This document shows positions 1 through 11,671 of a stretch of DNA of 19,752 nt, in pieces. The stretch is from Chlamydiia bacterium (GTDB taxonomy: Bacteria > Chlamydiota > Chlamydiia > Chlamydiales > Parachlamydiaceae), in NCBI GenBank assembly GCA_038257035.1, contig JBBSJT010000035.1, positions 1-19,752 of the forward strand. Direction: 5' to 3'. Within the stretch, counting starts at the first letter, position 1. The number at the start of each line of letters is the position of its first letter. The notes beneath the pieces are model-generated. The model was given only the letters and a program-made list of their open reading frames with translations, did not search any database and was not told where the DNA came from. Position numbers and translations under genes: made by a program.

Positions 1-53
1 AGATGACGTTTTCATTCGCAACAATCTTGACTTAAAAAAAATTAATTGTTTTC

Positions 54-110
54 CGCGCTATAGCGCGCTACTCTGCGTCTCTGCGTCTCTGCGCCTCTGC
101 GTTGAAAAAA
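54..110 (-). repeat. REP-like module: palindrome CGCGC-TATA-GCGCG plus 4 tandem 8-mers CTCTGCGY and an A-run
   Basis: Perfect 14-bp palindrome at 54-67 and an overlapping 10-bp palindrome TAGCGCGCTA at 61-70. CTCTGCGT/CTCTGCGT/CTCTGCGC/CTCTGCGT at 71-102, then TGAAAAAA. Confidence 0.85.
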
Positions 111-210
111 TCTTAGACGGTATAATACTAAAACCTCTTGGATAGTTTATCACTTTAGCTAAGCGTCTACGCGCGTCTTTCTAGTTCTTTTATGGTGGGT
201 TCTGTGGTGG

Positions 211-244
211 GGAGAAACACACGGGCGCTTTTTAGGCCCGTGTG
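211..244 (-). terminator. Probable intrinsic terminator of rpoC
   Basis: 9-bp stem CACACGGGC (218-226) / GCCCGTGTG (236-244) with a 9-nt loop, 13 nt after the rpoC stop. The minus-strand tail TTTCTCC is a weak U-tract. Confidence 0.6.
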
Positions 245-257
245 CAAATAGGAAATT

Positions 258-3200
258 TTAAGCGGCAGGAGCAGGAGAGGTTTCAACACTTAAAACAGTG
301 TCAAAATCGAATACTAACGGCTCTTCATACTCACGATCAACAAACTTCTTAACACGTCTATGATGCTCAAAACCGGTTCCGCCAGGAATGATATGACCCA
401 TAATAACGTTTTCTTTAAAGCCCATCAAGTAATCCGTCTTACCGGCACAAGCAGCTTCTGTAAGAACACGTGTCGTGTCTTGGAACGAAGCTGCAGAAAT
501 AAAGGATTCTGTACTTAAAGACGCCTTAGTGATTCCGAGTAGGACAGGTGTTGCTTGTGCAGCTTTTCCGCCTTCTGCTAAGATCTTAACGTTCTCTTTT
601 TCAAAATCTTTCTTATCAACTTCTTCTCCAAACAGTAAGCTTGTATCGCCTGGATCAATAACGCGTACTTTCTTAAGCATCTGACGTACAATAATTTCAA
701 CGTGTTTATCATTGATACGAACACCCTGCAGACGGTAAACTTCTTGTACCTGGTTAACCAAGTATTTTTGAAGTTCGCGCACACCGCAAATCTCTAGGAT
801 TTCGTGCGGGATGACGATACCATCTGTAAGCTGCTGACCCTTAACAACATGATCTTCTCTTTGTACAATCAAATGCTTTGTATGTGGAATAAGATGCTCT
901 TCTTCCATACCGGTCATTTCATCGCGAATCACAACAATACGTTTGTTCTTCTGAATTCCTCTAAAATCAATGACACCATCGATTTTTGCAATTTCAGCAG
1001 AGTCTTTCGGTTTACGCGCTTCAAAAAGCTCGGCAACACGAGGAAGACCTCCTGTAATATCTTTTGTTTTTAGAGCGCCTCTTGGCAACCTTGCAAGCAA
1101 GCTACCGGCTTTAGCATAATCGCCTTCAGCAACAGAAACAATCGCACCTGATGGCAACGGATAAGTTCCGATCAACTCCTGATATTGATTGTCCGCATAA
1201 ATAACAATTTGCGGATGAAGCTCGCCTCTATGCTGCTTCACGATCAATTCGGTCTGACCAGTACGCTTATTCACGTCTCTTTCAGTCGAGATTCCTTCAA
1301 CAAGATCTTCATATTTAACAAATCCCGGGCGATCACAGATAATTGGAATATTATGCTGTTCCCACTCCGCAATTTTTGTTCCGGAAACCACTTTTGTTCC
1401 ATCGGCAACTAAAATCTTTGTACCAAGCTCAACCGTAAACGTTTGAAGAGGCTGTAAAGACTTAGTGCTTAAGAGTTTTTTATACTCTTCAATTGTTCTA
1501 CCTTCATCACGCACAATGTTGATTGCACCATTTTTGTTTAACACAACAAATTGATGTTCTTCATTTTCAACAACTCGAAGATCAGAATAAATGATCAATC
1601 CGGTTTGCTCTGTGATCAATTCAGGACTGATACTTGCAGATGCAATACCACCCAAGTGGAACGTACGCATCGTTAACTGTGTACCAGGTTCTCCAATCGA
1701 CTGCGCTGCTATAATACCAACAGCTTCACCAAGACTTACGGATCTTCCGTTAGCCAAGTTTACACCATAACATTTTGCACATACTCCACGACGTGTTTCG
1801 CAAGTTAGAACAGATCGAATCCTCAAGCTTTCAATACCTGAATCATCAATTGCTTCTGCTTGTAAAATCGTCAATGTGTCGCCAGATTTAGCAAGCAGTT
1901 TAGTTGCATCACCAGGTAGGAATACATCGTCGCAAACAGTTCTTCCAAAAATACGGTCTTTAAGCGGTAAAAGCTCTTCTTGACCTTGTTTAATTGAAGA
2001 AACTTCAATTCCATTCAATGTATCGCAATCAGGCTCTGTGATAATCACATCCTGTGCAACATCAACAAGACGTCTTGTTAAGTATCCCGAATCCGCAGTT
2101 TTTAGGGCTGTATCTGCAAGACCTTTACGAGCACCGTGGGAAGAAATGGAGTACTCAAGAACAGTCAAACCTTCCCTAAAGTTAGAAGTAATCGGCGATT
2201 CAATAATGGCACCTGATGGTTTAGCCATCAATCCACGAAGAGCACCAAGCTGCTTAATCTGTGATTTGTTACCACGTGCACCAGAATCCATCATCATATA
2301 GAGAGGATTCATTTTGCCATCTTTAACTTCACAAATTAGCTTAAAGAGCTCTTCAGATAAAATGTCTGAAACTTCAGTCCAAATACTAATAATCTTGGAA
2401 TGACGCTCACCATCGGTAATAATACCATCTTCATATTGTTTTTTAACAACTTCCACTCGGACGTGAGCATCTTCGATGATCTGCTTTTTATTTGGTGGAA
2501 TTTTAACATCCGCAACACCCATCGATTGAGCAGCTTTAGTAGCTTCTGCAAATCCGATTGTTTTTAAATTGTCTAAGAATCGTACTGTAGCCTCAAGACC
2601 CGCTTTCTTGTAGCAAAGCATGATCAGGTCACTCATTTTCTTCTTCGGCAAGCTATAGTTTTGAAAGCCAAGTTCTTTTGGAACAATGCCGTTAAAAACT
2701 ACGCGTCCTGGTGTTGTTTCGATGATTCCATCTTGTGTACGCAATCTGATTTGCTCATGAATACGTATGCCTCGACCATAATGCTCAGATTCACCTTCAA
2801 GCTGATCTTCATACCAGTTAAAGCTTCCACTAGCATTCAAGGCTAACAACACTTCATCCGCATCTCTGAAATAGCGTGTCTTTTTACCATGTTGTTCCGG
2901 AAAATAAAGCGGATCGCACATTAAGTAATAAAGTCCAAGCGTCATATCTTGCGAAGGAACAGCAACAGGCTCTCCGGATGATGGTAAGAAAATGTTATCA
3001 GGTGCCATCATCAAAAGTTTGGCTTCAAGCTGGGCTTCAACAGAAAGAGGAACATAAACCGCCATTTGATCTCCGTCAAAGTCGGCGTTAAACGCTGAGC
3101 AGACAAGAGGATGAACGCGAATCGCTTTACCTTCAATAAGAACCGGTTGAAATGCTTGAATTCCAAGTCTATGCAATGTAGGAGCACGGTTTAATAAGAC

Positions 3201-4448
3201 CGGATGACCCTTGATGATATCCTCTAAAACATCCCATACTTCAGGAGCATGGCGATGAATCATTTTTTTAGCGGATCTAATTGTGTAAACATAACCCAAA
3301 TCTTTTAGACGTTTCACAATAAAAGGTTCAAAAAGTTCAAGCGCCATGAGTTTTGGCAATCCGCACTGATTAAACTTCAATTCAGGTCCAACAATAATAA
3401 CCGAACGACCGGAATAATCTACACGTTTACCAAGTAGATTTTGACGAAAACGTCCTTGTTTACCTTTTAACATCTCTGAAAGAGATTTCAAAGGACGGTT
3501 ACCTGCGCCCATTACAGCATGGCCGTGTCTACCGTTATCAAAAAGAGCATCGACAGCTTCTTGAAGCATACGCTTTTCGTTACGAATAATAACTTCCGGT
3601 GTTTTAAGCTTCAAAATAGCTTTTAAACGATTGTTACGGTTAATAACACGTCTGTACAAATCATTTAAATCAGATGTAGCAAAACGTCCACCATCAAGAG
3701 GCACAAGAGGTCTCAAATCTGGTGGTATGACCGGTACTGCCGACATGACCATCCAATCGGGTTTATTGGTCGAAGTCGTAAAGCTTTCAATAATTTTTAA
3801 GCGTTTGGCAAGCTTCATACGTGCTTGTTGAGATTTTGTTTTTCTCAATCTTTCTTTAAGATCTGTAAGCATTCCAAGCAAATCTTCTGTTTCAAGAAGA
3901 TCGCGTATAGCTTCAGCACCCATTTTTGCAACAAAGGCATCTCGGCCAAATTTTTCTTGGGCTTCACGATATTCAACATCTGTCAAGAGTTGTTTTTTAA
4001 CAAGGTCTGTGTTGCCGGCATCGACAACAACATATTCCTCATAATAAATGACACGCTCTAAATCGGTGGAAGACATGCCAAGAACATTACCAATACGAGA
4101 TGGCATTGTTTTAAAGAACCAAATATGAACGACCGGTACAGCAAGTTCAATATGCGCCATTCGCTCGCGACGAACTTTGGATAATGTAACTTCAACACCA
4201 CAGCGATCACAAATGATGCCTTTATGCTTAATTTTTTTATACTTACCGCAAGCACATTCCCAATCTCTTGTCGGACCAAAAATCTTCTCACAGAACAATC
4301 CACCTTTTTCAGGTTTAAAAGTACGGTAGTTGATTGTTTCAGGCTTTTTGATCTCCCCACGCGACCATTTATTACGAACTATATCATCGGAGGCAATTTT
4401 GATAGTTAACTTATCAAATTGCTGTTTGTTTGTGTGATTATTCGACAT
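258..4448 (-). CDS. rpoC: DNA-directed RNA polymerase subunit beta'
   Basis: NADFDGD catalytic motif, N-terminal Zn finger (CACGKYK...CDRC) and [12 protein letters not shown]. Start moved from the track's 4508 to ATG 4448 (MSNNH..., 1396 aa), which follows a GGAGGAG Shine-Dalgarno and does not overlap rpoB. Confidence 0.99.
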   Translation of the reverse strand: MSNNHTNKQQFDKLTIKIASDDIVRNKWSRGEIKKPETINYRTFKPEKGGLFCEKIFGPTRDWECACGKYKKIKHKGIICDRCGVEVTLSKVRRERMAHIELAVPVVHIWFFKTMPSRIGNVLGMSSTDLERVIYYEEYVVVDAGNTDLVKKQLLTDVEYREAQEKFGRDAFVAKMGAEAIRDLLETEDLLGMLTDLKERLRKTKSQQARMKLAKRLKIIESFTTSTNKPDWMVMSAVPVIPPDLRPLVPLDGGRFATSDLNDLYRRVINRNNRLKAILKLKTPEVIIRNEKRMLQEAVDALFDNGRHGHAVMGAGNRPLKSLSEMLKGKQGRFRQNLLGKRVDYSGRSVIIVGPELKFNQCGLPKLMALELFEPFIVKRLKDLGYVYTIRSAKKMIHRHAPEVWDVLEDIIKGHPVLLNRAPTLHRLGIQAFQPVLIEGKAIRVHPLVCSAFNADFDGDQMAVYVPLSVEAQLEAKLLMMAPDNIFLPSSGEPVAVPSQDMTLGLYYLMCDPLYFPEQHGKKTRYFRDADEVLLALNASGSFNWYEDQLEGESEHYGRGIRIHEQIRLRTQDGIIETTPGRVVFNGIVPKELGFQNYSLPKKKMSDLIMLCYKKAGLEATVRFLDNLKTIGFAEATKAAQSMGVADVKIPPNKKQIIEDAHVRVEVVKKQYEDGIITDGERHSKIISIWTEVSDILSEELFKLICEVKDGKMNPLYMMMDSGARGNKSQIKQLGALRGLMAKPSGAIIESPITSNFREGLTVLEYSISSHGARKGLADTALKTADSGYLTRRLVDVAQDVIITEPDCDTLNGIEVSSIKQGQEELLPLKDRIFGRTVCDDVFLPGDATKLLAKSGDTLTILQAEAIDDSGIESLRIRSVLTCETRRGVCAKCYGVNLANGRSVSLGEAVGIIAAQSIGEPGTQLTMRTFHLGGIASASISPELITEQTGLIIYSDLRVVENEEHQFVVLNKNGAINIVRDEGRTIEEYKKLLSTKSLQPLQTFTVELGTKILVADGTKVVSGTKIAEWEQHNIPIICDRPGFVKYEDLVEGISTERDVNKRTGQTELIVKQHRGELHPQIVIYADNQYQELIGTYPLPSGAIVSVAEGDYAKAGSLLARLPRGALKTKDITGGLPRVAELFEARKPKDSAEIAKIDGVIDFRGIQKNKRIVVIRDEMTGMEEEHLIPHTKHLIVQREDHVVKGQQLTDGIVIPHEILEICGVRELQKYLVNQVQEVYRLQGVRINDKHVEIIVRQMLKKVRVIDPGDTSLLFGEEVDKKDFEKENVKILAEGGKAAQATPVLLGITKASLSTESFISAASFQDTTRVLTEAACAGKTDYLMGFKENVIMGHIIPGGTGFEHHRRVKKFVDREYEEPLVFDFDTVLSVETSPAPAA

Positions 4449-4467
4449 GTCTGCTCCTCCCATTATA

Positions 4468-7400
4468 TTAATTCTCCAGCACTGATTCTGTGCGAACATC
4501 AAGACCAAGTCCCTGCATTTCTTTAATTAAAACATTAAAGGATTCAGGTGTTCCCGAATTTAAAAGGTTATCCCCTTTAACAATCGACTCGTAGATACGA
4601 GGACGTCCGGCAACATCATCAGACTTAACAGTCAACATTTCTTGTAAAAGATAAGCTGCGCCATATGCTTCTGCAGCCCAAACTTCCATCTCACCAAAAC
4701 GCTGTCCACCCATCTGAGCTTTACCACCAAGCGGTTGCTGAGTAACAAGTGAGTAAGGTCCAACCGCTCTTGCGTGAATCTTATCTGCAACCAAGTGACT
4801 TAGCTTCATCAAGTAGATGTATCCCACTACAACACGGTTATCATATCGCTCGCCTGTATGTCCGTCAAAAAGATAGAATTTACCATCTCTTGGCAACCCT
4901 TGTGCTTCCATCATTTCCCAGATTTTATCTTCAGGAAATCCTTCAAACACAGGAGATTGTACGTAGATACCGGCTCTTTTTGCTGCAAATCCCAAGTGAG
5001 TTTCAAACAGCTGACCCATGTTCATACGAGAAGGTACACCGAGCGGATTTAAAATAAGTTCGATTGTTTTACCATCGTCCATCCAAGGCATATCAGCCTC
5101 AGGAACAATTTTTGAAACAACCCCTTTATTTCCGTGACGTCCCGCCATTTTATCGCCAACTTGAAGCTTACGCTTAGAAGCAATATAGACTTTAACCTGA
5201 CGAATAATTCCAGGCTCTAGATCAACATCACCTTTTCTTAAAAACTCAATTTCAGTTTTATGTTGCATTTCGAGGGCTTTCATCGACAATTCAAAGTCAT
5301 GAAGCGTCTGCTTAAGAACTTCATAAAGATCATTTTCAGGCATTAACAAATCTTCGATGTTTTCTTTCTCAAGAGCTTCAATAAGTTCTTGAGTAATCAA
5401 AGTGCCTTGCTCTAAGATCATTTCTGCAGTCTTACGATGAACAATTGAAGCCGGAGAAATTTCATTTAAAAGGAGTGCGCCAAGACGCTCTCTTCTTTCA
5501 ATCTTAAGTTCTGTTTGCTTCGATTTGTATTCGCGCTGAATTTCTTTTAATTTAGAGGCCTCTTCAATCATTTCATCATCAGTTTTAGATAAACGATCGC
5601 GTCTACTAAAGACTTTAACGTCCATCACAACACCTTCTGTTCCTGGAGGAACAACAAGTGAAGCATCTTTAACTTCTGCAGCTTTTTCATCAAAAATTGC
5701 TCTTAGAAGTCTTTCTTCAGGAGCAAGCTCGGTCTCAGATTTTGGAGTAATTTTTCCAACTAATATGTCGCCGGGTTTTACTTCTGCACCGATGCGGATA
5801 ATTCCATCATCGCCAAGATTAATCAAAGCCTCTTCAGATACATTAGGAATATCACGAGTGATTTCTTCTTCGCCAAGCTTGGTCGATCTTGTTTCAACAC
5901 CGAATTCCTCAATACAAAGAGAAGTATAAACATCGTCTCGTAAAGCAGTATCAGACACGATGATCGCATCCTCAAAGTTGTAACCATACCAAGGCATGAA
6001 GGCAACTAAAACGTTTTTACCAAGTCCAACTTCACCTTTTTCCGTAGCAGGTCCATCAGCAATAACATCACCGGCTTTGATTTCGTCTCCAACTTGACAA
6101 AGAGGCTGCTGATTGATACATGTTCCGGCATTTGAGCGTAGGAATTTTTTAAGATTGTAAACTTTCTTCTCAAGGCGGTTGTCTGCGCGTGAAATGACAA
6201 TCTTAAGACCATCCACATAGTCGACAACTCCATCTTCAGTTGCAATAACAACTGCACCTGAATCTCGAGCTGAACGTCCTTCAAGCCCTGTTCCGACAAT
6301 CGGAGCTTCAGGTTTTAATAAAGGAACGCCTTGGCGTTGCATGTTAGAACCCATCAAGGCACGGTTAGCATCATCATGTTCAAGAAAAGGAATAAGTCCT
6401 GTTACAATCGAAACGAGCTGCTTTGGTGATACATCCATATGTGTGAGCTTTTCAGATTCGATTTCCATAGGCTCGCCACGGTATCTTGCCCAAGAGATCG
6501 GCTCTTTAAACATATTGTATTCATCAAGTGGTGAAGATGCCTGTGCAATTACACAACGCTCTTCTTGATCAGCAGTCATGTATTCAATTTCTTCAGTTAC
6601 AATTCCATCACGAACAATACGGTAAGGAGTTTCAATAAAACCGAATTCGTTAATTTTCGCATAAGATGAAAGAGACGTGATCAAACCGATGTTTGGTCCT
6701 TCAGGTGTCTCAATCGGACAAATACGGCCATAATGACTGGAATGAACGTCACGAACTTCAAAGCCTGCGCGATCTCTATTCAAGCCACCAGGTCCAAGAG
6801 AGGAAAGACGGCGTTTATGCGTTAGCTCGGCAATTGGATTATTCTGATCCATAAACTGAGACAACTGTGAACGTCCAAAAAAGTCTTTCAAAACACCGGA
6901 AAGGCCTTTTGCTGAAACAATTTTTCCTGGAGTTAAAGTATCTGATGTAAAATCAAATAGATTCATACGTTCACGAATAATTTTTTCCATGCGTGCAAGA
7001 CCAATACGGCATTGGTTTTGAATCAACTCACCAACTGATCTAACGCGACGATTACCTAAGTGGTCAATGTCATCGACCATGGCATCTTCATTACCCTGTT
7101 TTAACTGAATCAAATATTTTAAAGCATTGATTACGTCTTCTTTTGTCAATGTGACAACTTTAAGAGTTTCATCATTTACTTCTACTTGCAATTTCGAATT
7201 CAGTTTGTATCTTCCAACACGACCTAAGTTATAACGCTTTGGATCGAAGAAAAGACGCATCATGGCAGAACGTGCATTCGATAGAGTCGCAGGCTCGCCC
7301 GGACGAATTTTTCTGTAAAAGTCCTTCAAGGCAGTTTCATAGGAATCTGTTGGATCTTTTGCAAGCATTTTAATGATTGGACTGCTCTCATCAGCATTTT

Positions 7401-8232
7401 CTGCGATCACAATCGTTTCGATGCCGGCATCAGCCATTCGTTTTAACATTGCTGTCGTTAGTTTTTCTGACGCTTTTCCAAAAATAAGACCACTATCTTC
7501 ATCAACTACATCTTGAGCTAAAATTTTTCCAACATATTTGACAAATTCTTTTTCAGTTTTGATTTTAACTTTGCTAGTCTTAAAAAATTCTTCAATAATG
7601 TCTGAGTTTGATGAAAAACCTAAAGCGCGGATAAATGTTGTTGCCAAAATTTTACGGCGACGTTTTTTTCGATCGATGTAAATGTGGATTAAGTCATTTG
7701 TATCAAACGCGCCTTCAAGCCAGCTTCCACGATAAGGAATAATACGGAAGGAATAAATCACTTGACCGCGTGAATGGCGTTCCTGTTCAAAGCAAATTCC
7801 AGGAGATCTGTGCAATTGCGAAACAACAACACGTTCAGCTCCGTTGATAACAAAAGTACCCTTGTCCGTCATCACAGGAATTGTTCCCATGTAGACTTCT
7901 TCTTCTTTAATACCGGTTTCGTCCGTCAATCTGAATTTGACTTTCAAAGTAACATTATACGTAATACCACGTCTAATACACTCTTCCGGAAGATATTTAG
8001 GAACTCCTAAGCTATAAGAAATATACTCAAGGATTGTCTTTTCGTCATATGACTTTATAGGAAATATTTCACTAAAGACTTCTTGCAAACCGATATTTTC
8101 CCGTTCATCAGGAAATTTTTCGAGTTGAAGAAATTGATTATAAGATTTAACTTGGATTTCGATAAGATTAGGAAGATCAATGATTTCCTTTTTCTTTCTG
8201 AAACCGACACGTTGTGGCGCCTTTTGCAACAT
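4468..8232 (-). CDS. rpoB: DNA-directed RNA polymerase subunit beta
   Basis: Motifs SQLSQFMDQ...[19 protein letters not shown] and [12 protein letters not shown]; 1254 aa. Confidence 0.99.
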   Translation of the reverse strand: MLQKAPQRVGFRKKKEIIDLPNLIEIQVKSYNQFLQLEKFPDERENIGLQEVFSEIFPIKSYDEKTILEYISYSLGVPKYLPEECIRRGITYNVTLKVKFRLTDETGIKEEEVYMGTIPVMTDKGTFVINGAERVVVSQLHRSPGICFEQERHSRGQVIYSFRIIPYRGSWLEGAFDTNDLIHIYIDRKKRRRKILATTFIRALGFSSNSDIIEEFFKTSKVKIKTEKEFVKYVGKILAQDVVDEDSGLIFGKASEKLTTAMLKRMADAGIETIVIAENADESSPIIKMLAKDPTDSYETALKDFYRKIRPGEPATLSNARSAMMRLFFDPKRYNLGRVGRYKLNSKLQVEVNDETLKVVTLTKEDVINALKYLIQLKQGNEDAMVDDIDHLGNRRVRSVGELIQNQCRIGLARMEKIIRERMNLFDFTSDTLTPGKIVSAKGLSGVLKDFFGRSQLSQFMDQNNPIAELTHKRRLSSLGPGGLNRDRAGFEVRDVHSSHYGRICPIETPEGPNIGLITSLSSYAKINEFGFIETPYRIVRDGIVTEEIEYMTADQEERCVIAQASSPLDEYNMFKEPISWARYRGEPMEIESEKLTHMDVSPKQLVSIVTGLIPFLEHDDANRALMGSNMQRQGVPLLKPEAPIVGTGLEGRSARDSGAVVIATEDGVVDYVDGLKIVISRADNRLEKKVYNLKKFLRSNAGTCINQQPLCQVGDEIKAGDVIADGPATEKGEVGLGKNVLVAFMPWYGYNFEDAIIVSDTALRDDVYTSLCIEEFGVETRSTKLGEEEITRDIPNVSEEALINLGDDGIIRIGAEVKPGDILVGKITPKSETELAPEERLLRAIFDEKAAEVKDASLVVPPGTEGVVMDVKVFSRRDRLSKTDDEMIEEASKLKEIQREYKSKQTELKIERRERLGALLLNEISPASIVHRKTAEMILEQGTLITQELIEALEKENIEDLLMPENDLYEVLKQTLHDFELSMKALEMQHKTEIEFLRKGDVDLEPGIIRQVKVYIASKRKLQVGDKMAGRHGNKGVVSKIVPEADMPWMDDGKTIELILNPLGVPSRMNMGQLFETHLGFAAKRAGIYVQSPVFEGFPEDKIWEMMEAQGLPRDGKFYLFDGHTGERYDNRVVVGYIYLMKLSHLVADKIHARAVGPYSLVTQQPLGGKAQMGGQRFGEMEVWAAEAYGAAYLLQEMLTVKSDDVAGRPRIYESIVKGDNLLNSGTPESFNVLIKEMQGLGLDVRTESVLEN

Positions 8233-8340
8233 TATGCCCCCTGAATTTAACGATGAAATTTGAACGAAGAATCATGATCTTAAATCTCGAATACGAGCAA
8301 AAGTATCATTCACCGTTCAAAGCACACCCTTATTTTTATA

Positions 8341-8389
8341 AAAATAGAAAAATCTCGGTACAAACGCCCATACTGAGGTTTATACCGAG
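8341..8389 (-). terminator. Terminator/attenuator between rplL and rpoB
   Basis: Minus strand reads CTCGGTATAAAC-(12 nt)-GTTTGTACCGAG (12-bp stem, one G-U), followed by ATTTTTCTATTTT. Confidence 0.65.
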
Positions 8390-8436
8390 TTAACAGTTGT
8401 CATTCTAAATTAAGTTATAATAACTTAATTTTGAAA

Positions 8437-8817
8437 CTAAACAGCTTTTAGAGAAACTTTAGCGCCTGCAGCTTCAAACTTAGCTTTGATTTCATCAGCT
8501 TCAGCTTTTGGTGCAGATTCTTTAACAACTTTTGGTGCGCCGTCTACTAGATCTTTAGCTTCTTTTAGACCAAGACCAGTGAGTTCACGTACAATCTTGA
8601 TAGCACCAATTTTCTTGTCAGCAGGAACTTCTGTCAACGTAATTTGGAAGTCTGTAGCTTCTACTGCTGCAGGACCTGCTGCTGCTGCCGGAGCTGCTGC
8701 AACTGCTGCTGCTGAAGCTTTTACGCCCCATTTTTCTTCAAGTGCTGTTTTTAACTCAGCCATTTCTAATACTGTTAGTTCGCTTAATGCTTTGACTAAT
8801 TCTTCTTGTTTGCTCAC
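8437..8817 (-). CDS. rplL: 50S ribosomal protein L7/L12
   Basis: [19 protein letters not shown], Ala-rich hinge and [19 protein letters not shown] start. Confidence 0.98.
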   Translation of the reverse strand: MSKQEELVKALSELTVLEMAELKTALEEKWGVKASAAAVAAAPAAAAGPAAVEATDFQITLTEVPADKKIGAIKIVRELTGLGLKEAKDLVDGAPKVVKESAPKAEADEIKAKFEAAGAKVSLKAV

Positions 8818-8847
8818 GGTAATACCCCTATACTTTACTCTATATAC

Positions 8848-9378
8848 TTAATTATTTGTGATTTCAGTTTCTTGTTTGCTTTTATTATCTAGGCAATACA
8901 CAACGCTTGTGATTAAAGCATTCATCACGCTTAATGTGTTTGCTAATGGAGCTTCAAGAACACTTAGTAGTTCTGCACGCATTCCATCTAGATTTGGCAA
9001 TTTAGATAACATTTCCATCTGTTCAGCTGTGTGCAGTTTGCCTTCAAACTGTCCACCAATGATTTCTATCGACTTTTGATTTTCGCTGCTAAATTTGAAT
9101 GCCTCTTTCAATATTTCAAGAGGATCTTTTCCAGCAAATACTAAACCAATATGACCTGTCAATGCATCGATATCCAGTTCTAAGCCTGCAGATTTTGCTG
9201 CTTTAATCATAACACGCTTACGCACAATCTCAACATAACCACCAACTTTTTCCAAGTTTCCACGGAAAGTATTAGCTTGGTTTGCTTTAAACCCAAGATT
9301 GCGAATGATTAAGAACGTGCTGTGCTTATCTATCTGCCCTTTAATCTCGTCTAAAAGGAGTTGTTTTTCTTGTCTCAC
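8848..9378 (-). CDS. rplJ: 50S ribosomal protein L10
   Basis: 176 aa with [15 protein letters not shown], between rplA and rplL; GTG start after AGGAG. Confidence 0.95.
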   Translation of the reverse strand: MRQEKQLLLDEIKGQIDKHSTFLIIRNLGFKANQANTFRGNLEKVGGYVEIVRKRVMIKAAKSAGLELDIDALTGHIGLVFAGKDPLEILKEAFKFSSENQKSIEIIGGQFEGKLHTAEQMEMLSKLPNLDGMRAELLSVLEAPLANTLSVMNALITSVVYCLDNKSKQETEITNN

Positions 9379-9391
9379 TGATCACTCCTTA

Positions 9392-10093
9392 TTATTGTAG
9401 ATTTAATGGACGCAGATCGATTTTCACGCCAGGTCCCATTGTTGATGAAAGCACCATCGATTTGATAAAATTCCCTTTAGCAGAAGCCGGTCTTGCACGA
9501 CTGACTGCTTGCACAAAGGCTTTTAAGTTTTCAGCTAGCTTTTCAGCAGTAAATGATATTTTACCAATACCATTATTGATGACACCATGTCTATCCAACT
9601 TAAATTCAATTTTACCGCCTTTAACTTCGCGAAGCGCCTTAGCAACATCTGTTGTAACAGTACCGGCTTTTGGAGTTGGCATTAAGCCTCTTGGACCTAA
9701 GATTTTACCTAACTTACCAACTTCACGCATCATATCAGGTGTTGCAATAACAGCATCGAAATCTGTCCATCCAGCACTGACTTTTTCAAATAATTCTTCG
9801 TGACCCGCATAATCGGCTCCCGCAGCTAAAGCTTCTTCTACTTTCTCGCCTTTTGCAAAAACAAGAATTTTCATCTGCTTGCCCGTACCATTCGGTAATG
9901 ATACAGTGCTACGTACGTGCTGATCTGATTTACGGGGGTCAACGCCCATCTTTAAAGAAATATCGACAGACTGATCAAATTTGACAGTCGGCCATTTCTT
10001 TAAAATATCGATAGCTTCTTCAACGCTATGTAATTTTAATACACTTAGCGTTTTAGCTATCTCCCGAGTTCTTTTATTGTGTTGTTGACCCAT
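9392..10093 (-). CDS. rplA: 50S ribosomal protein L1
   Basis: [27 protein letters not shown] and SSTMGPG motifs. Confidence 0.99.
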   Translation of the reverse strand: MGQQHNKRTREIAKTLSVLKLHSVEEAIDILKKWPTVKFDQSVDISLKMGVDPRKSDQHVRSTVSLPNGTGKQMKILVFAKGEKVEEALAAGADYAGHEELFEKVSAGWTDFDAVIATPDMMREVGKLGKILGPRGLMPTPKAGTVTTDVAKALREVKGGKIEFKLDRHGVINNGIGKISFTAEKLAENLKAFVQAVSRARPASAKGNFIKSMVLSSTMGPGVKIDLRPLNLQ

Positions 10094-10109
10094 CTTTTAC
10101 TTTTCTTCC

Positions 10110-10535
10110 TCAGTTTACGACTTCTAAGCCCATTGATCGAGCTGTTCCACTAATGCTTATAGCAGCAGATTCTATGTTTCTAGCATTCATATCTTGCATT
10201 TTATTTTTTGCAATTTCGAGTACTTGAGCCTTAGTGATCTTACCAACTTTATCGCGATTTGGAACGGGAGAACCCTTTTCAATTTTAGCTGCTTTTTTTA
10301 ACATATCAGCAGCCGGGGGCTGTTTTAATTCAAGATCAAATGTTTTATCTTTATATACGGAAATAACAACAGGAATGATGTTACCCGCTAAAGATTGAGT
10401 CATTGCATTGAATTGCTTACAGAATGCCATAATGTTGACACCTGCACCACCCAAAGCCGGTCCAATTGGTGGAGCCGGATTGGCTTTGCCTGCTGGAATT
10501 TGCAGTTTAATTATTTTAACGACTTGTTTTGCCAT
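10110..10535 (-). CDS. rplK: 50S ribosomal protein L11
   Basis: [20 protein letters not shown] and GTARSMG motifs. Confidence 0.99.
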   Translation of the reverse strand: MAKQVVKIIKLQIPAGKANPAPPIGPALGGAGVNIMAFCKQFNAMTQSLAGNIIPVVISVYKDKTFDLELKQPPAADMLKKAAKIEKGSPVPNRDKVGKITKAQVLEIAKNKMQDMNARNIESAAISISGTARSMGLEVVN

Positions 10536-10697
10536 ATATTCCTTAAGATCTAATATCCATATTTTTTAATCTGAATGTTAGCTGTTGCTTTCAAAAAACC
10601 TTTATTTGCATAAGGTTGTTAAGACCTCTTTCAAAATTCCATTTACTTACTTTTCCTAAGCAAAGCACATTTAAAAAAAGGTCTATCATTCAAATTT

Positions 10698-11243
10698 TTA
10701 TGTAGTTTCTGCGTCATCCGTGATTTCTTCGACTTGGATAAACTCCAGATCATCAACGCGAGTCTCTCTTCCAAAAATTGATACAAGTACGCTAAGACGA
10801 CCTTTATCATGAAAGACTTCTTGAACTGTACCCATAAAGTTAACGAAAACACCATCAACAATTTTTACACGATCGCCGACTTCAAACTTATGTTTCTGAA
10901 TCACTTTTTGCTTCTTGTCTTGAAGATCTCTTAGGATTTCTTCAATTTCGCGATCAGATAACGCTGTTGGTTTGTCCCCACCTAAGAAATCAATAACACC
11001 TGGAGTTTTCTTTACATAAAGCCAAGCTTCGTCCGTAAGGTTCATTTTAATCATCAGATAACCAGGCCACAGACGCTTCTCAACAACCTTCTGCTGCCCA
11101 CCCTTTACTTCAGAGACATTTTCAATAGGAAGTAAAACTTGTTCAAGAAATTCATCAAATTCTTTAAAATCTTTATGATCTTCAATTGCCTGTTTTACTT
11201 TTTTCTCTTGTGCTGAGTAAACCTGTAATACATACCACTTCAT
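10698..11243 (-). CDS. nusG: Transcription termination/antitermination factor NusG
   Basis: KWYVLQVYS and LWPGYLMIKM (NGN domain) and VGDRVKIVDGVF (KOW). Start set at ATG 11243, 4 nt after the secE stop. Confidence 0.97.
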   Translation of the reverse strand: MKWYVLQVYSAQEKKVKQAIEDHKDFKEFDEFLEQVLLPIENVSEVKGGQQKVVEKRLWPGYLMIKMNLTDEAWLYVKKTPGVIDFLGGDKPTALSDREIEEILRDLQDKKQKVIQKHKFEVGDRVKIVDGVFVNFMGTVQEVFHDKGRLSVLVSIFGRETRVDDLEFIQVEEITDDAETT

Positions 11244-11247
11244 TCTC

Positions 11248-11556
11248 TTAGCCCCCAATCATACGGATTGTCGATTCTAGTGTTTTCAATACCAATTGGA
11301 TCGTAAGGTCTGTCAAATAAACACCCATTCCAAAACAAAATGTTGTCGCTATGACAATTTTCGTGTAAGTTTTCAATTCAGCCGGGGTTGTCCAACTAAT
11401 TTTTTTCAGTTCCCCTTTAACTTCAGCTAAAAATTCGATTAATTGAAATTTTTTCGCTTGGCGACCATTCGTCTCAGATTCTTTAACACCCTTGCTAATG
11501 CCGGATGGTATCTGTTGTGTTTTTTTTACTTCCATAGTCTTCAATTCCACTGACAT
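11248..11556 (-). CDS. secE: Preprotein translocase subunit SecE
   Basis: ELKKISWTTPAEL motif followed by one hydrophobic helix, GAGGT SD before ATG 11556, directly upstream of nusG. Confidence 0.93.
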   Translation of the reverse strand: MSVELKTMEVKKTQQIPSGISKGVKESETNGRQAKKFQLIEFLAEVKGELKKISWTTPAELKTYTKIVIATTFCFGMGVYLTDLTIQLVLKTLESTIRMIGG

Positions 11557-11671
11557 GTTTACACCTCGCTTAAGACAAGTTTTCGCTAGGGAAGTACACT
11601 ATTTCTTTATATTGATGTTATGCATCAATTTTAGAAACATGATGTACTTGTCGCCTTTATGGCATATCAAA

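Noticed and set aside
102..126. Plus-strand promoter TTGAAA...TATAAT
   Set aside because: The spacer is only 13 nt and it would point antisense into rpoC.
4449..4508. 20-aa N-terminal extension of RpoC in the ORF track
   Set aside because: It overlaps the rpoB 3' end, and a strong SD precedes ATG 4448. rpoB has its own stop and a different frame, so this is not an rpoBC fusion.
6790..6872. Possible intrinsic rifampicin resistance in RpoB cluster I
   Set aside because: Residues equivalent to E. coli Q513, D516, H526, R529 and S531 are wild type.
8666..8720. GCT trinucleotide repeats
   Set aside because: They encode the normal Ala-rich hinge of L7/L12.
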